From Alloprevotella sp. (GTDB lineage: Bacteria > Bacteroidota > Bacteroidia > Bacteroidales > Bacteroidaceae): 64,000 nucleotides of DNA. Location: positions 4,776 to 68,775 of the forward strand of contig JAZQXH010000067.1 of NCBI GenBank assembly GCA_045632745.1. Reading direction: 5' to 3'. The notes under the pieces are model-generated. The model made no database searches. It saw only the letters and a program-made list of their open reading frames with translations, and was not told where the DNA came from. Below are positions 1 through 10,465 of the stretch, in pieces; the stretch's first letter is position 1, and every line of letters begins with the position of its first letter. The position numbers were made by a program, and so were the translations under genes.

Positions 1-1321
1 CAAGCGTTTTAAGTTGTTCGTCAGAGGGTGTGTGCTCGGGGATATGGCTTTGATATTGGTTGACATCGTGGTCCGTGAGGATGGCTGAAGCTCCGATTTG
101 TGAACTCAGCACAAGTCCTTCGAAGGAGCGGCAGCGCGACAGGGCTACATACGTTTGACCTGCTGCAAAGCAGTGGCGCGCATCGATAATGGCGTGGTCG
201 AAAGTGAGTCCCTGACTTTTATGAATCGTAATAGCCCACGCCAGTCGTAGTGGATATTGCGTGAAGGTTCCGATGATTTTTTCTTCTACTTCTTCGGTTT
301 CTTCATCGAGGACGAATTGCGTGTTTTCCCATGTGGTAGGCTTCAGCGTGATGGTTGTTTCGCCGTGGGTGGGTCGGATTTCGATTTGCGAGTCGGTGAG
401 GTTTACGATTTCGCCAATCATGCCGTTGTAGTATTGGTGGTTGGAGTCGTTGCGCACGAACATCACCTGGGCGCCCACCTTTAGCGTAAGCTGGGCATCA
501 GTGGGGTAGGAGAGCGCGGGGAAATCACCATCGACCTTTGCTTCGTAGCTGTACTCTTGGCCTTTCAACATGTTGAGTTCGCGCTGGTTGATAGTGTCAG
601 CCTGTCGGTTGTGGGAGGTAAGGCAGATGTAGCCATCTTCCTTTTTGGGCGTAAAGTCAGGGATGTAGCGTGTGTTGAGTTTTTGAAGTATGGTGGGGTC
701 GATAATGCCTTCTCTAACGCTGTTGAGAATGCCGATAAATTCTTTGTCGCTTTGTCGATAGACTTTTGTGAGCTCTATGGTGAAGTGAGGCAGTTGTTGC
801 AATGCGTGGCTGCTGAAGAAGAAGGGGGTGTCGTAGTATTGCTTGAGAATTTGCCAATCTTCGTCGCGCGTAACGGGGGAAAGTTGCATGAGGTCGCCTA
901 TCAGCAGGAGTTGCACACCGCCAAAGGGAAGGTCATGGCGGCGATACTGGCGAAGAACGCTATCGACAGCGTCGAGGACATCTGCTCTGACCATGCTTAT
1001 CTCGTCGATTATCAGAACTTCGATGCTACGAATCAGCTTGATTTTGTTTTTTCGGAAAGCATATTTCTTGAGTTGGTTGCTCAAGGAATTGTTGGGGATG
1101 AAGGGCGAGAAAGATAGTTGAAAGAAGGAGTGGAGCGTGACGCCGCGTGCGTTGATGGCTGCAATGCCGGTGGGAGCGCATACAATGTTGCGTTTAGGCA
1201 GCTCTTCGCGCAACTTATGCAGGAAGGTGGTCTTGCCGGTTCCGGCTTTGCCTGTAAGGAAAAGACTATAGTTGGTGTTAGCAATGGTTGCCCATGCTTT
1301 TTGGATTTCAGGATTATCCAT
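1..1321 (-). CDS. PIF1/RecD-like AAA helicase (3' part runs off the window)
   Basis: Not in the ORF track. Manual translation from ATG at 1321: MDNPEIQKAWATIANTNYSLFLTGKAGTGKTTFL (Walker A); later FPLRLAWAITIHKSQGLTFD and GQTYVALSR (SF1B motifs). Confidence 0.9.
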   Translation of the reverse strand, partial: MDNPEIQKAWATIANTNYSLFLTGKAGTGKTTFLHKLREELPKRNIVCAPTGIAAINARGVTLHSFFQLSFSPFIPNNSLSNQLKKYAFRKNKIKLIRSIEVLIIDEISMVRADVLDAVDSVLRQYRRHDLPFGGVQLLLIGDLMQLSPVTRDEDWQILKQYYDTPFFFSSHALQQLPHFTIELTKVYRQSDKEFIGILNSVREGIIDPTILQKLNTRYIPDFTPKKEDGYICLTSHNRQADTINQRELNMLKGQEYSYEAKVDGDFPALSYPTDAQLTLKVGAQVMFVRNDSNHQYYNGMIGEIVNLTDSQIEIRPTHGETTITLKPTTWENTQFVLDEETEEVEEKIIGTFTQYPLRLAWAITIHKSQGLTFDHAIIDARHCFAAGQTYVALSRCRSFEGLVLSSQIGASAILTDHDVNQYQSHIPEHTPSDEQLKTL

Positions 1322-1406
1322 GAAGATTGAGGCGATTTTTTTGAATGGAGTATGTAGGAAAGTGCTCAAAGATTAAGGTGGGGGGATTCCCCTCAAAAAA
1401 ATATCA

Positions 1407-1997
1407 CTAAGAGCGGTGGATGCGGTCGGAATTCTGCTTGGCAAAGGCCGACCATGAACTACTGCTGCTGCCTGTTTTTGTTTTATGGTTCGTCACGGGG
1501 TCGATGTTGCAGGGCTTTTGTTGAAGAAAATGGCAGTAGGCAACTGCGATGGCATCCGTAGCGTCAAGAAATCCAATGTCGTCAGTCCTTACTTTGAGTA
1601 CGCGTTTCACCATTTCTGCCACTTGCTCTTTGCTGGCAGCCCCGTTGCCCGTAATGGATTGTTTGACTTTGAGCGGAGCATATTCGCTGATGGGAATTTG
1701 CCTACTGATGGCTGCTGCAATCGTGACACCTTGCGCTCTACCTAATTTGAGCATACTCTGCACGTTCTTTCCGAAGAAGGGGGCTTCGATGGCAAGTTCG
1801 TCGGGGAGAAACGCATCGATGATTCCGATGACACGTTCGTAGATGCGCCCTAATTTGAGATAGGTGTCGGTGCATTTTCGGAGGTCGATAACTCCGATGG
1901 CCTGCACTTCGAGCTTGCGTCCGTCTGTCACTTTGAGGACACCGTAGCCCATTACGTTTGTGCCTGGGTCAATACCTAAGATGATGCGTTCTGCCAT
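1407..1997 (-). CDS. ruvC: Crossover junction endodeoxyribonuclease RuvC
   Basis: ILGIDPG, AIEAPFF, DATDAIAVA motifs; start moved to MAERII. Confidence 0.95.
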   Translation of the reverse strand: MAERIILGIDPGTNVMGYGVLKVTDGRKLEVQAIGVIDLRKCTDTYLKLGRIYERVIGIIDAFLPDELAIEAPFFGKNVQSMLKLGRAQGVTIAAAISRQIPISEYAPLKVKQSITGNGAASKEQVAEMVKRVLKVRTDDIGFLDATDAIAVAYCHFLQQKPCNIDPVTNHKTKTGSSSSSWSAFAKQNSDRIHRS

Positions 1998-2163
1998 GAA
2001 ACTTATATTTAAGAAATGGTGTTCATTTGATAATTTACTTCGCAAAAATACAAAAAGGCGGCCTACTAAAGGGGGGTGAAGTGTAGTTTTTTTTATAGTT
2101 TTTTATTTATTATCAGAATAAATGCTACATTTGCAAACAAACTGAAAACTGAACGAGATAAGT

Positions 2164-2559
2164 ATGAGAAAATTCATTTTAGTATTGATAGTTTTTATAG
2201 CATTTGCGTGTCAAAATATGTTTGCGCAGGCTATTATGAATTTTGAAAATACCTCGCACGACTTTGGAGCATTTTATGAAAACGAAAGACAAAGTTGTGT
2301 GTTCAAATTCACCAATACAGGCACCGAACCACTCGTGATTCATCAGGCTATAACGTCGTGTGGCTGTACTGTGGCAGACTTTACAAAGACGCCTATTCAA
2401 CCCGGCAAGACCGGTGAGGTCAGTGTGATGTATGATGGTAGCGGCAAATTGTATGGTCCTTTTAAGAAAACGATTACGGTGAGGTCAAATGCCAAGCCTA
2501 CGATATCGCGCATCATGATTCTTGGCACAATGCTCGAGAAGAAAGAAGAGAAGAAGTAG
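2164..2559 (+). CDS. DUF1573 domain exported protein
   Basis: Signal peptide; FKFTNTG..PLVI....SCGCT motif. Confidence 0.85.
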   Translation: MRKFILVLIVFIAFACQNMFAQAIMNFENTSHDFGAFYENERQSCVFKFTNTGTEPLVIHQAITSCGCTVADFTKTPIQPGKTGEVSVMYDGSGKLYGPFKKTITVRSNAKPTISRIMILGTMLEKKEEKK

Positions 2560-2701
2560 AGCGAGCAATTTACTCTACAAGTTATAAAAGAAACGGGAAG
2601 TGAAAATTTGAGGACGTAAAAGTATTGGAGTAAAGTCGTTTGTAGATTTCTTTTTCAAATACTCAGCGTGACCTCTCTACAATGTATATATACTAATTGA
2701 T

Positions 2702-3763
2702 ATGAATCCTTCACATCATCACCTTGTTATAATGGCAGGCGGCGTGGGTAGTCGTTTTTGGCCTATGAGCAGCGAAGAGCGCCCTAAACAATTTTTGGAT
2801 ATTTTGGGTTGTGGAAAAACTTTGTTGCAACTTACTGTAGAACGTTTTGATGGACTTATTCCGGCGGAAAATGTGTGGATAGTAACGTCTGCGCGATATG
2901 AGGACCTTGTGCGCCAGCAGTTGCCACAGGTGCCCGCCCAAAATGTGTTGCTCGAACCTTGCCGACGCAGCACGGCTCCTTGTATTTGCTATGCTGCCTG
3001 GCGAATCAAAAAGCGCGATCCGCTTGCAACAATGGTGGTTGCTCCATCCGACCACACAATTGTAGATGTAAAGGGATTTCGTGAAGCAATAGAGGAGTGC
3101 ATCAGTTTTGCGGCAGAGACGGATGCAATCATTACGCTTGGTATCAAACCCACGCGCCCTGAAACGGGATATGGATATATCAAGGGCGATCTTAGTTATG
3201 CATCATCGCGCCACAAGGGCATATTCCGTGTTGATAGTTTCAAGGAAAAACCCAATCTGGAGTTGGCGAAGGAGTATATTCAGCAGAGCAGTTATTTGTG
3301 GAATGCGGGTATATTCGTATGGAGCGTTTCGACAATTGTGAATGCGTTCAGAGTTTACGAACCCGATATTTCGCGCATCTTTGAGCGTATGCTTCCTATC
3401 TACGACACTCCAAAGGAGCAAGTGACGATTAATGAGCAGTTCCCCAATTGTCAGGAAATCTCTGTGGACTATGCCATCCTTGAGCGTGCGGAGGAAATTT
3501 TTGTGTACCCCGGTAATTTTGGTTGGAGTGATTTGGGTACATGGGGTTCGCTTCATGAACAATTGTCGCACGACATTTATGAAAATGCAGCTGTCGGTCC
3601 TGACGTGAAGATGTTTGAGGCGCGAGGCAATATTGTGCACACAACAGGACTTCGCCAGGTTGTGGTGCAGGGATTGGAGGACTTTATCGTTGCTGAGCAC
3701 GACGGTCGACTCCTTATTTGCAAGCGCTCTGAAGAGCAGCGCATCAGGCTGTTTCATGATTAG
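2702..3763 (+). CDS. manC: Mannose-1-phosphate guanylyltransferase
   Basis: IMAGGVGSRFWPMS, PKQFL, PETGYGYI, WSDLGTW. Confidence 0.93.
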   Translation: MNPSHHHLVIMAGGVGSRFWPMSSEERPKQFLDILGCGKTLLQLTVERFDGLIPAENVWIVTSARYEDLVRQQLPQVPAQNVLLEPCRRSTAPCICYAAWRIKKRDPLATMVVAPSDHTIVDVKGFREAIEECISFAAETDAIITLGIKPTRPETGYGYIKGDLSYASSRHKGIFRVDSFKEKPNLELAKEYIQQSSYLWNAGIFVWSVSTIVNAFRVYEPDISRIFERMLPIYDTPKEQVTINEQFPNCQEISVDYAILERAEEIFVYPGNFGWSDLGTWGSLHEQLSHDIYENAAVGPDVKMFEARGNIVHTTGLRQVVVQGLEDFIVAEHDGRLLICKRSEEQRIRLFHD

Positions 3764-3780
3764 CAGAGAAGATAAACAAT

Positions 3781-3820
3781 AAAAATGGCTGAGTAACGTG
3801 ATGGTATTCAGTCATTTTTT
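3781..3820. terminator. Probable bidirectional intrinsic terminator
   Basis: aaaatggctgagta...tattcagtcatttt hairpin between convergent genes. Confidence 0.6.
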
Positions 3821-3889
3821 AGACTTATAAGTCGAAGTTGAGCACAAGCAAAACTTCTATTGTCGTTAGTGGATTACTCTTTGAAACCT

Positions 3890-4585
3890 CTATTCTTTTA
3901 TGATTTTAAGAAAGGCCTCGTATCCTCCTTCCAGACGCGAGAGCTGGTAAGGTTGCAAAAGGGGCTGGGCTAACGATAAAGGAGGAAGCGAGAAGTAAGC
4001 CTGAAGCAACGAGGCGAGGCGCTTGCCAACGGTATCGCCCCGGCGATGAAGGGCAACGCAGACTTCTTGCAGAAGTTGAGGGTCGGACTCCGCAAACTGA
4101 GCCTCCGTGAAGAGGGCATAAGCCGCAGGGAGCGATGTGCATCGGAGCAAATGTGCCATTCGGAGTCGTACTCCTTGGTGCGCGAAGAGATTGAGCAAAT
4201 AGGTCGCTTCTTCGGGAGTTTGCGCTATCGGAAGCAGGTGAGTCAGCACTTTGTTGCAATCGATAGAAGATGGGTTGCCTTGGGCATATTCAGCAAGAAG
4301 AGGGTCGTAGAACTTGAACTGATGATTTTCGTATCTTATGCAAGCCGCTTTAAGGCACGTAACGAGATAAGCCTTGGGCTCCGTGCGTGATAGCATGAGG
4401 AAAGTACTTCGAAAAGCTTCGTCGGACGCCTCGGGTAAGACCACAGTCGAAAGCAGATGGCTCGCCGTGCGCCGCTCTGAGTGGGAGAGCGCGCAAAGAC
4501 TTTTGTAGAAAACTTCAGCATTGTTGTTGGTAAGAAGTGCTTGAAGTTTTGTGATGAGTGCTTGGTTGTGGCGGTTGATAGGCAT
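3890..4585 (-). CDS. Hypothetical protein (helical)
   Basis: 231-aa ORF directly downstream of rlmD; no motif recognised. Confidence 0.7.
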   Translation of the reverse strand: MPINRHNQALITKLQALLTNNNAEVFYKSLCALSHSERRTASHLLSTVVLPEASDEAFRSTFLMLSRTEPKAYLVTCLKAACIRYENHQFKFYDPLLAEYAQGNPSSIDCNKVLTHLLPIAQTPEEATYLLNLFAHQGVRLRMAHLLRCTSLPAAYALFTEAQFAESDPQLLQEVCVALHRRGDTVGKRLASLLQAYFSLPPLSLAQPLLQPYQLSRLEGGYEAFLKIIKE

Positions 4586-4606
4586 AAGTAGGAAAGGAGA
4601 GAAGAG

Positions 4607-6028
4607 TTAGCGTGCTTCGAGTAGTACTACGTTTTCGACGTGGTGTGTTTGAGGGAACATATCGACGGGTTGTACTTTGACTACTTTATAAGCATTGTCG
4701 AGGAGGCTGAGGTCGCGTGCTTGTGTGGCCGGATTGCAACTTACGTAAACAATGCGCTTGGGATGGGCGTGGAGGATGGTGTCGATAACATCGGGGTGCA
4801 TTCCAGCGCGTGGAGGGTCGGTGATGATGACATCGGGGATTCCGTGTTGCTCAATGAAATCTCGGGTGAGAATGTCCTTCATGTCGCCAGCAAAGAAGAG
4901 CGTGTTGTCGAGATGGTTGATGGCGGCATTGACTTTTGCGTCTTCAATGGCTTCGGGGACGTATTCAATACCGATGACTTTCGCGGCCTGTTTTGCCACG
5001 AAGTTTGCAATTGTACCGGTTCCGGTATAGAGGTCGTAAACGTGCTCTTTGCCTGTGAGTCCGGCAAAATCGCGGGCTACCTTGTAGAGTTCGTAGGCTT
5101 GCTCGGTGTTGGTTTGATAAAAACTCTTGGGACCAACTTTGAAGCGGAGGTCTTCCATTGTTTCGTAGATGTGGTCCGTGCCATAGAAGGTGATGACATC
5201 AAGGTCGTGGAAGGTGTCGTTACATTTTGTGTTGTTCACATAGAGTAAGGACGTAATTTCAGGAAAACTGCTGTGCAGATGTTCCATGAGCAGAAGAGCG
5301 TTTGCTTTGTCTTCATTGCAGTCAAAACGGAATTGCATGAGCAGCATGAGTTCGTTGGTGTGCATGCCGAGACGAATCATCATATTGCGAAGAAGTCCTA
5401 CTCCCTGGCGGATGTCGAAGAAGGAAAGGTTGTGCTCAATAGCGTAGGTGCGTATCGTGTTGCGAATACGATTGCAAATGTCGTCCATGAGGTGGCACTG
5501 CTGGATGTCGAGAATCTTGTCGAATGCGCCGGGAATGTGGAAACCAACACCATTCATGTTATCAAAGCGTTCGCCAGTTTGAATCTGCTCTGCAGTGAGC
5601 CAACGCTTGTTGGAGAAACCAAATTCGAGTTTGTTGCGATAGGCATATTGTTGGTCGCTTCCGAGGATGGGACTGATTTCGGGGAGTTCTACTTTACCAA
5701 TGCGACGAAGATTGTCCTCCACTTGTTGCTGCTTGTGCTTGAGTTGTTCCTCATAGGGGAGGCATTGCCATTTGCAGCCCCCGCATACACCATAGTGTTG
5801 GCAAATAGGAGCAATGCGAGTGGGCGATGGTTCTATGATGCGGGCTATCTCGGCTTCGGCATAGCTGTGTTTTTTCTTTTTAATCTGAAGGTCAACAATG
5901 TCGCCAGGCACTGCGTAAGGTACGAAGATAACAAGGTCGTTGACTTTTGCAATGGCTTTCCCTTCTGCAGCAATGCCTGTGATGGTAATATTCTCAAGGA
6001 GTGGAAGAGGTTTTTTCTTTCTTGACAT
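4607..6028 (-). CDS. rlmD: 23S rRNA (uracil-1939-C5)-methyltransferase
   Basis: TRAM domain, C..YGVCGGC Fe-S motif, SFYQTN, DPPRAG, YVSCNP, DMFPQT. Confidence 0.93.
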   Translation of the reverse strand: MSRKKKPLPLLENITITGIAAEGKAIAKVNDLVIFVPYAVPGDIVDLQIKKKKHSYAEAEIARIIEPSPTRIAPICQHYGVCGGCKWQCLPYEEQLKHKQQQVEDNLRRIGKVELPEISPILGSDQQYAYRNKLEFGFSNKRWLTAEQIQTGERFDNMNGVGFHIPGAFDKILDIQQCHLMDDICNRIRNTIRTYAIEHNLSFFDIRQGVGLLRNMMIRLGMHTNELMLLMQFRFDCNEDKANALLLMEHLHSSFPEITSLLYVNNTKCNDTFHDLDVITFYGTDHIYETMEDLRFKVGPKSFYQTNTEQAYELYKVARDFAGLTGKEHVYDLYTGTGTIANFVAKQAAKVIGIEYVPEAIEDAKVNAAINHLDNTLFFAGDMKDILTRDFIEQHGIPDVIITDPPRAGMHPDVIDTILHAHPKRIVYVSCNPATQARDLSLLDNAYKVVKVQPVDMFPQTHHVENVVLLEAR

Positions 6029-6066
6029 ACTTATTATATTGTGTGGTTATACAAAGTGAATGCTGG

Positions 6067-6867
6067 TTAAAGTGTGAGTTGGAGCCCGTCGTGGGCAAAG
6101 TAAACATGGGGTGGTAAGAAGTTTCTGCTTTCGGAGTGGAGTCCTGCGTCGTGCGAAAGGTGGGTAATGAAAGTTTGTTTTACGCCTAATTTCTTTGCCC
6201 AATTAGCAGCATCTTCGATCGTTTGGTGTGTGTTGTGCGGTTTGTGGCGCAGTCCGTTGATGACCATTGTTTCAACTCCTTGAAGAAGTGAAGCGGTTTC
6301 TTCGGGCATGGTCTTCATGTCTGTGATGTATGCAAACTTTTTTTCAAAGCAAAAACCTAAAATAGGGAGGTTGCCGTGCATCACTCGGAGTGGCATGATT
6401 CTTGTTTTACCAATGATAAATTCCTCGCCAGCGTTTATTGTGCGAAGTTCCATGGCAGGGATGCCTGGATAGGGATTCTCGGAAAAGCAATAGTAAAGCC
6501 TTTTGCGTAATTCGTTGGCAACATTTTCTTCCGTGTAGAGGGGGACATTGCCAAAGAGCGCTTCAGGGCGTAGGTCATCGAGACCGCCTATATGGTCGGC
6601 ATGTCCGTGTGTGATAAGTAGGGCATGTATTTCCCATAAGGGCAACGATTCGTGTGGAGGAGGGCATTGCGGTTTTATGTAGGAAAGGAGTTGTGAGCGA
6701 AAGTCAGGGGTGCAATCGATGAGGATGCGCTGATTGTCGTCGGTTTGGATGAAGATGGAAGAGCGAAAACGCTTGTCGCGAACATCAGCTGATTGGCAGA
6801 CTTTGCATGTACATCCTATCTGAGGTACTCCTGTCGATGTGCCTGTTCCTAAAAACGTGATAGTCAT
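6067..6867 (-). CDS. MBL-fold metallohydrolase (PhnP-like)
   Basis: FLGTGTSTGVP, THGHADH motif. Confidence 0.88.
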   Translation of the reverse strand: MTITFLGTGTSTGVPQIGCTCKVCQSADVRDKRFRSSIFIQTDDNQRILIDCTPDFRSQLLSYIKPQCPPPHESLPLWEIHALLITHGHADHIGGLDDLRPEALFGNVPLYTEENVANELRKRLYYCFSENPYPGIPAMELRTINAGEEFIIGKTRIMPLRVMHGNLPILGFCFEKKFAYITDMKTMPEETASLLQGVETMVINGLRHKPHNTHQTIEDAANWAKKLGVKQTFITHLSHDAGLHSESRNFLPPHVYFAHDGLQLTL

Positions 6868-6913
6868 TTATGGAAGGTGGTTTTGAAATATAGCAAGATA
6901 GGTTCCTTTTAAA

Positions 6914-7110
6914 ATAGTCAACGAGTTGTTAGGTACGAGTTGACGAGATGGTCAGTCATGACTACTTGCTTGCACGCTGCATAGTATTACAACCTCACGA
7001 GCGAAGCGACCTTAGAACCTCATAACCTTAAATATGGCAGTTGTACTCTGTTCTATGTTCTTTAACGGAGCGATCTTAGAACCTACAAAGTTGTGCACTT
7101 GCGAAACTTC
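6914..7110. repeat. Modular intergenic repeat element (8-mer modules plus end motif)
   Basis: gttgttaggtacgagttgacgagatggtcag, aacctcacgagcgaagcgacctta and aagttgtgcacttgcgaaacttc all recur in other intergenic regions. Confidence 0.75.
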
Positions 7111-7116
7111 TATTGT

Positions 7117-8133
7117 TTATATAAAATTGGCTTCGGGGCAAAGGCTGATGCCAAATTTCTGTTCTATATCGTTTGCAATAGTTTGAGCCAGATTTTTAAT
7201 TTCATTGCCATCAGCACCGCCATGGTTGACAAGTACGAGTGCTTGTTTTTCGTAAACTCCAGCGTTGCCCACTCTTTTCCCTTTCCAACCGCATTGTTCT
7301 ATAAGCCATCCTGCCGGTATCTTAATGCCGTTGTTGGTAGGATAGTTGGGGATGTTGGGGTAGCAGGTCTTGAGTTTGAAAAAATGTTCTTCGCTGATGA
7401 CGGGATTCATGAAAAATGACCCGGCATTGCCTAAAATAGAAGGGTCGGGGAGTTTTTGACTGCGAACTTCAATAACAGTTTTTCTGACATCTTGAGCCGT
7501 AGGATTCGTAATGCCCTTTTCGTTAAGTGAAGTTTGTAGTGCTCCGTAGGATATATTGGGGCAAAATGATTTCGTTAATTTGAATGAGACGTGGGTTATT
7601 GCAAACTGGCCTTTTAATTTGTCTTTGAAAATGCTGTGTCGGTAGGCATATTGGCATTCGTTTGCGCTGAACAAATGGCGCTCTCCAGTGGAAAGGTTTA
7701 TTGCTTCGACTTCGGTGATGAAGTCTTTTACTTCAGAACCATACGCTCCGATGTTTTGAACCGCTGAGGCGCCCACTTCGCCCGGAATTAATGACAGATT
7801 CTCTAAACCATAATATTTATTCTCAATACACCATGCTACAAATTCATCCCAGTTTTCTCCGCTACCAGTTTTTACTATGACGTGGTCGGTATAGTCAGTT
7901 ACTTTCTTTCCCTTAATGCATGAGTGCAGTATAGTTCCTGCAAAGTCGCTGGTGAAAACCAAATTGCTCCCACCTCCAATATGCAAATAGGGCGTTTGCA
8001 GAAAGTTGGGTTCGTCCTGCAGAAAATGTTGTAAATCCTCAACGCTTTCGTATTCTACAAAAGTGTTGCAGAAGGCGGTAATTCCAAATGTGTTATGTTG
8101 GGTTAGGTCGTAGTTTTTATAGCGATGAATCAT
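7117..8133 (-). CDS. murB: UDP-N-acetylenolpyruvoylglucosamine reductase
   Basis: GGGSN, GLENLSLIPG, QNIGAYG, GNAGSFFMNP, QALVLVN. Confidence 0.95.
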   Translation of the reverse strand: MIHRYKNYDLTQHNTFGITAFCNTFVEYESVEDLQHFLQDEPNFLQTPYLHIGGGSNLVFTSDFAGTILHSCIKGKKVTDYTDHVIVKTGSGENWDEFVAWCIENKYYGLENLSLIPGEVGASAVQNIGAYGSEVKDFITEVEAINLSTGERHLFSANECQYAYRHSIFKDKLKGQFAITHVSFKLTKSFCPNISYGALQTSLNEKGITNPTAQDVRKTVIEVRSQKLPDPSILGNAGSFFMNPVISEEHFFKLKTCYPNIPNYPTNNGIKIPAGWLIEQCGWKGKRVGNAGVYEKQALVLVNHGGADGNEIKNLAQTIANDIEQKFGISLCPEANFI

Positions 8134-8188
8134 TGTGGTATGTCGGCGTGTGAAGAAGTCTTTTACGATGAATTTAAGAATGCTGAGT

Positions 8189-9025
8189 TTAGTAATTTTC
8201 CAAGTTTGTAAGCATCCAACTGTTGCGTATTTTCTTGAATTTCAGTGTTGTTGAAAGTCCTGCGGAAAGGTCAGACAGAATCAGGAAACGTTCGTTTGAT
8301 GTGTGGTTCTTCTTCCCATAATTGATACAAACGAGGATGTTGTCGGGCAGTTCCGGACTATATTCCGCCCATGCTTCAGCATTGACGCTTCCTTCAATGG
8401 ATTCGTTGGAGTATTCGTCTTCGGTTTTGAAATGAAAAGGATTCTTTATGTGTTGTTGCCGGAATGTGCTGTCGTTAGCGAAATTTGTGTAAAAATCAAA
8501 GAAACTGTTGTTGGTGTGTGCACGCGTAATCATGGTGCGCATTTTGCTAAGCATCCATTTTTTGTTGTGGCATTCGAAAAAGAGTTGCTGAATACGATCG
8601 TTTTTTAAGTGGATAATATCGACTTCAACTTCTCGTATGGTAGTGTCTTTTTCTGCGCCAAAGTCTGTGTGTGATGAATACAGGATGGCGTAAATTTTGC
8701 ATTCGTCAATGGGCGCTGCATTTTTCCATTCGTTTTGTTTGATGGAAGTGCACTGTCCGAAGTGTACGTTGGGAAGTGGGAATTGGATGCGCGTCAATCT
8801 GAAATCTTCATCAACAACAAAATTGTAGAAAAAGTCGTCAAAAACGCCATCATTGTTTCTCGATAGCGGATGCTCTTCAGCCGGAAGGGCGAAGCTGTCC
8901 TTTTGCATACTGATTCTATCAACTATCGAAACAGCTGATTCCCCTTTCTTTACTTCAGAACAAGAAGCTATGCAGATAATAAAAAACAAGGGTAAAAGTA
9001 TGGATAGAAACGAGGTGTTCTTCAT
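8189..9025 (-). CDS. DUF4348-like lipoprotein
   Basis: Lipobox IASC; FDDFFYNF and RIQFPL; usual murB/pheS neighbour in Bacteroidales. Confidence 0.7.
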   Translation of the reverse strand: MKNTSFLSILLPLFFIICIASCSEVKKGESAVSIVDRISMQKDSFALPAEEHPLSRNNDGVFDDFFYNFVVDEDFRLTRIQFPLPNVHFGQCTSIKQNEWKNAAPIDECKIYAILYSSHTDFGAEKDTTIREVEVDIIHLKNDRIQQLFFECHNKKWMLSKMRTMITRAHTNNSFFDFYTNFANDSTFRQQHIKNPFHFKTEDEYSNESIEGSVNAEAWAEYSPELPDNILVCINYGKKNHTSNERFLILSDLSAGLSTTLKFKKIRNSWMLTNLENY

Positions 9026-9257
9026 CTTTTTTATTTTTACAAAAGCAAAAGTAACTCTTTTCTTAAAAAGAAGACTACCTTTTTTAAAAATAATTGTATA
9101 TCTTTGCAGTGAAAAAGCATTGCTTATGTTAATATTGCCTTTGAGGGTTGTATAAACGTGAGCGATGGTATTGCGTTTTAAATAAATGAGCAGGTGCTTG
9201 ATAGATTTTGTAGCACTTGATTATTTAAACCTTTATTTCTTTTCCTAAATAATAAGT

Positions 9258-10277
9258 ATGTTACAAAGAATTGAAACTTTAATGGGCGAAGTGGCTATGC
9301 TCGCAGCGTCTAACGAGCAAGAGCTTGAAGCACTTCGTGTCAAATACCTTTCAAAAAAAGGACTTCTTAACGAACTGATGGCGGAGTTTCGTAATGTTCC
9401 TGGTGAGCAGAAACGTGAAGTTGGTATGCGAATCAACGAACTCAAAACGGCTTTGCAAGAAAAATTGGCAGAACTTCGTCTTAACATCGCAACGACAGAC
9501 GATGATTTGACAGATGTTGACCTTACGCGTACTCCTTACCCCGTGAAGTTGGGTACACGTCATCCACTTTCGATTGTAAAGCACGAAATTCTTGACATCT
9601 TCGCACGTTTGGGATTTGCGATGGCAGAAGGTCCTGAAGTAGAAGACGATTGGCATGTGTTTGGTTCGATGAATTTTGCAGACGACCACCCAGCGCGCGA
9701 TATGCAGGATACATTCTTTATTGAAGCACATCCGGATGTTATTCTCCGCACGCACACAAGTTCGATTGAAAGTCGTGTGATGGAAACTACGGCGCCTCCT
9801 ATCCGCGTGATATGTCCGGGTCGCGTATATCGTAACGAAGCGATTTCAGCGCGTGCTCACTGCTTTTTCCATCAGGTAGAAGGATTGTACGTTGATAAGG
9901 ACGTTTCGTTTACCGACCTTAAGCAGGTGCTCCTTACGTTTGCGCAGGAAATGTTTGGTCCTGAAACTAAAATTCGTTTGCGCCCCTCTTACTTCCCCTT
10001 TACAGAGCCTTCTGCCGAAATGGATATTTCGTGCAATATCTGTGGTGGAAAGGGATGTAGTTTCTGTAAGCACACAGGGTGGGTTGAAATCCTTGGATGT
10101 GGCATGACAGACCCTAACGTACTCGAAGCATGCGGTATTGATTCTACAGTCTATAAGGGATACGCCTTTGGTATGGGAGTCGAACGTATTACTAACTTAA
10201 AGTATCAAGTGAAGGACCTTCGTCTTTTCTCTGAAAACGACGTACGTTTCCTTGAAAACTTTATGTCGGCTAATTAA
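9258..10277 (+). CDS. pheS: Phenylalanine--tRNA ligase alpha subunit
   Basis: HPARDMQDTF, LRTHTS, FHQVEG, YFPFTEPS, GYAFGMG. Confidence 0.97.
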   Translation: MLQRIETLMGEVAMLAASNEQELEALRVKYLSKKGLLNELMAEFRNVPGEQKREVGMRINELKTALQEKLAELRLNIATTDDDLTDVDLTRTPYPVKLGTRHPLSIVKHEILDIFARLGFAMAEGPEVEDDWHVFGSMNFADDHPARDMQDTFFIEAHPDVILRTHTSSIESRVMETTAPPIRVICPGRVYRNEAISARAHCFFHQVEGLYVDKDVSFTDLKQVLLTFAQEMFGPETKIRLRPSYFPFTEPSAEMDISCNICGGKGCSFCKHTGWVEILGCGMTDPNVLEACGIDSTVYKGYAFGMGVERITNLKYQVKDLRLFSENDVRFLENFMSAN

Positions 10278-10465
10278 TAAACGCAGAGATTGAAGTGAGT
10301 TAACAATGGTGTTCTCTTTACTTGCGTTCCTGTTGTTTTTTAGCAGACGTTCCTTAACCATGAAGTTTTTTTGAATCGTGGTGCATATTTTTTTGAGAGA
10401 CACATTCGTTCTTAGCGATATATATATCTTGCTTTTTTAATAGAACCTAAACATTTACTATAACA

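Noticed and set aside
257-1330. Plus-strand ORFs (75, 186, 70 aa)
   Set aside because: Antisense shadows of the minus-strand helicase, which the ORF track missed because it runs off the edge.
9728-9740. acatccggatgt palindrome within pheS
   Set aside because: Coding context, different outer bases, no flanking repeats; likely chance.
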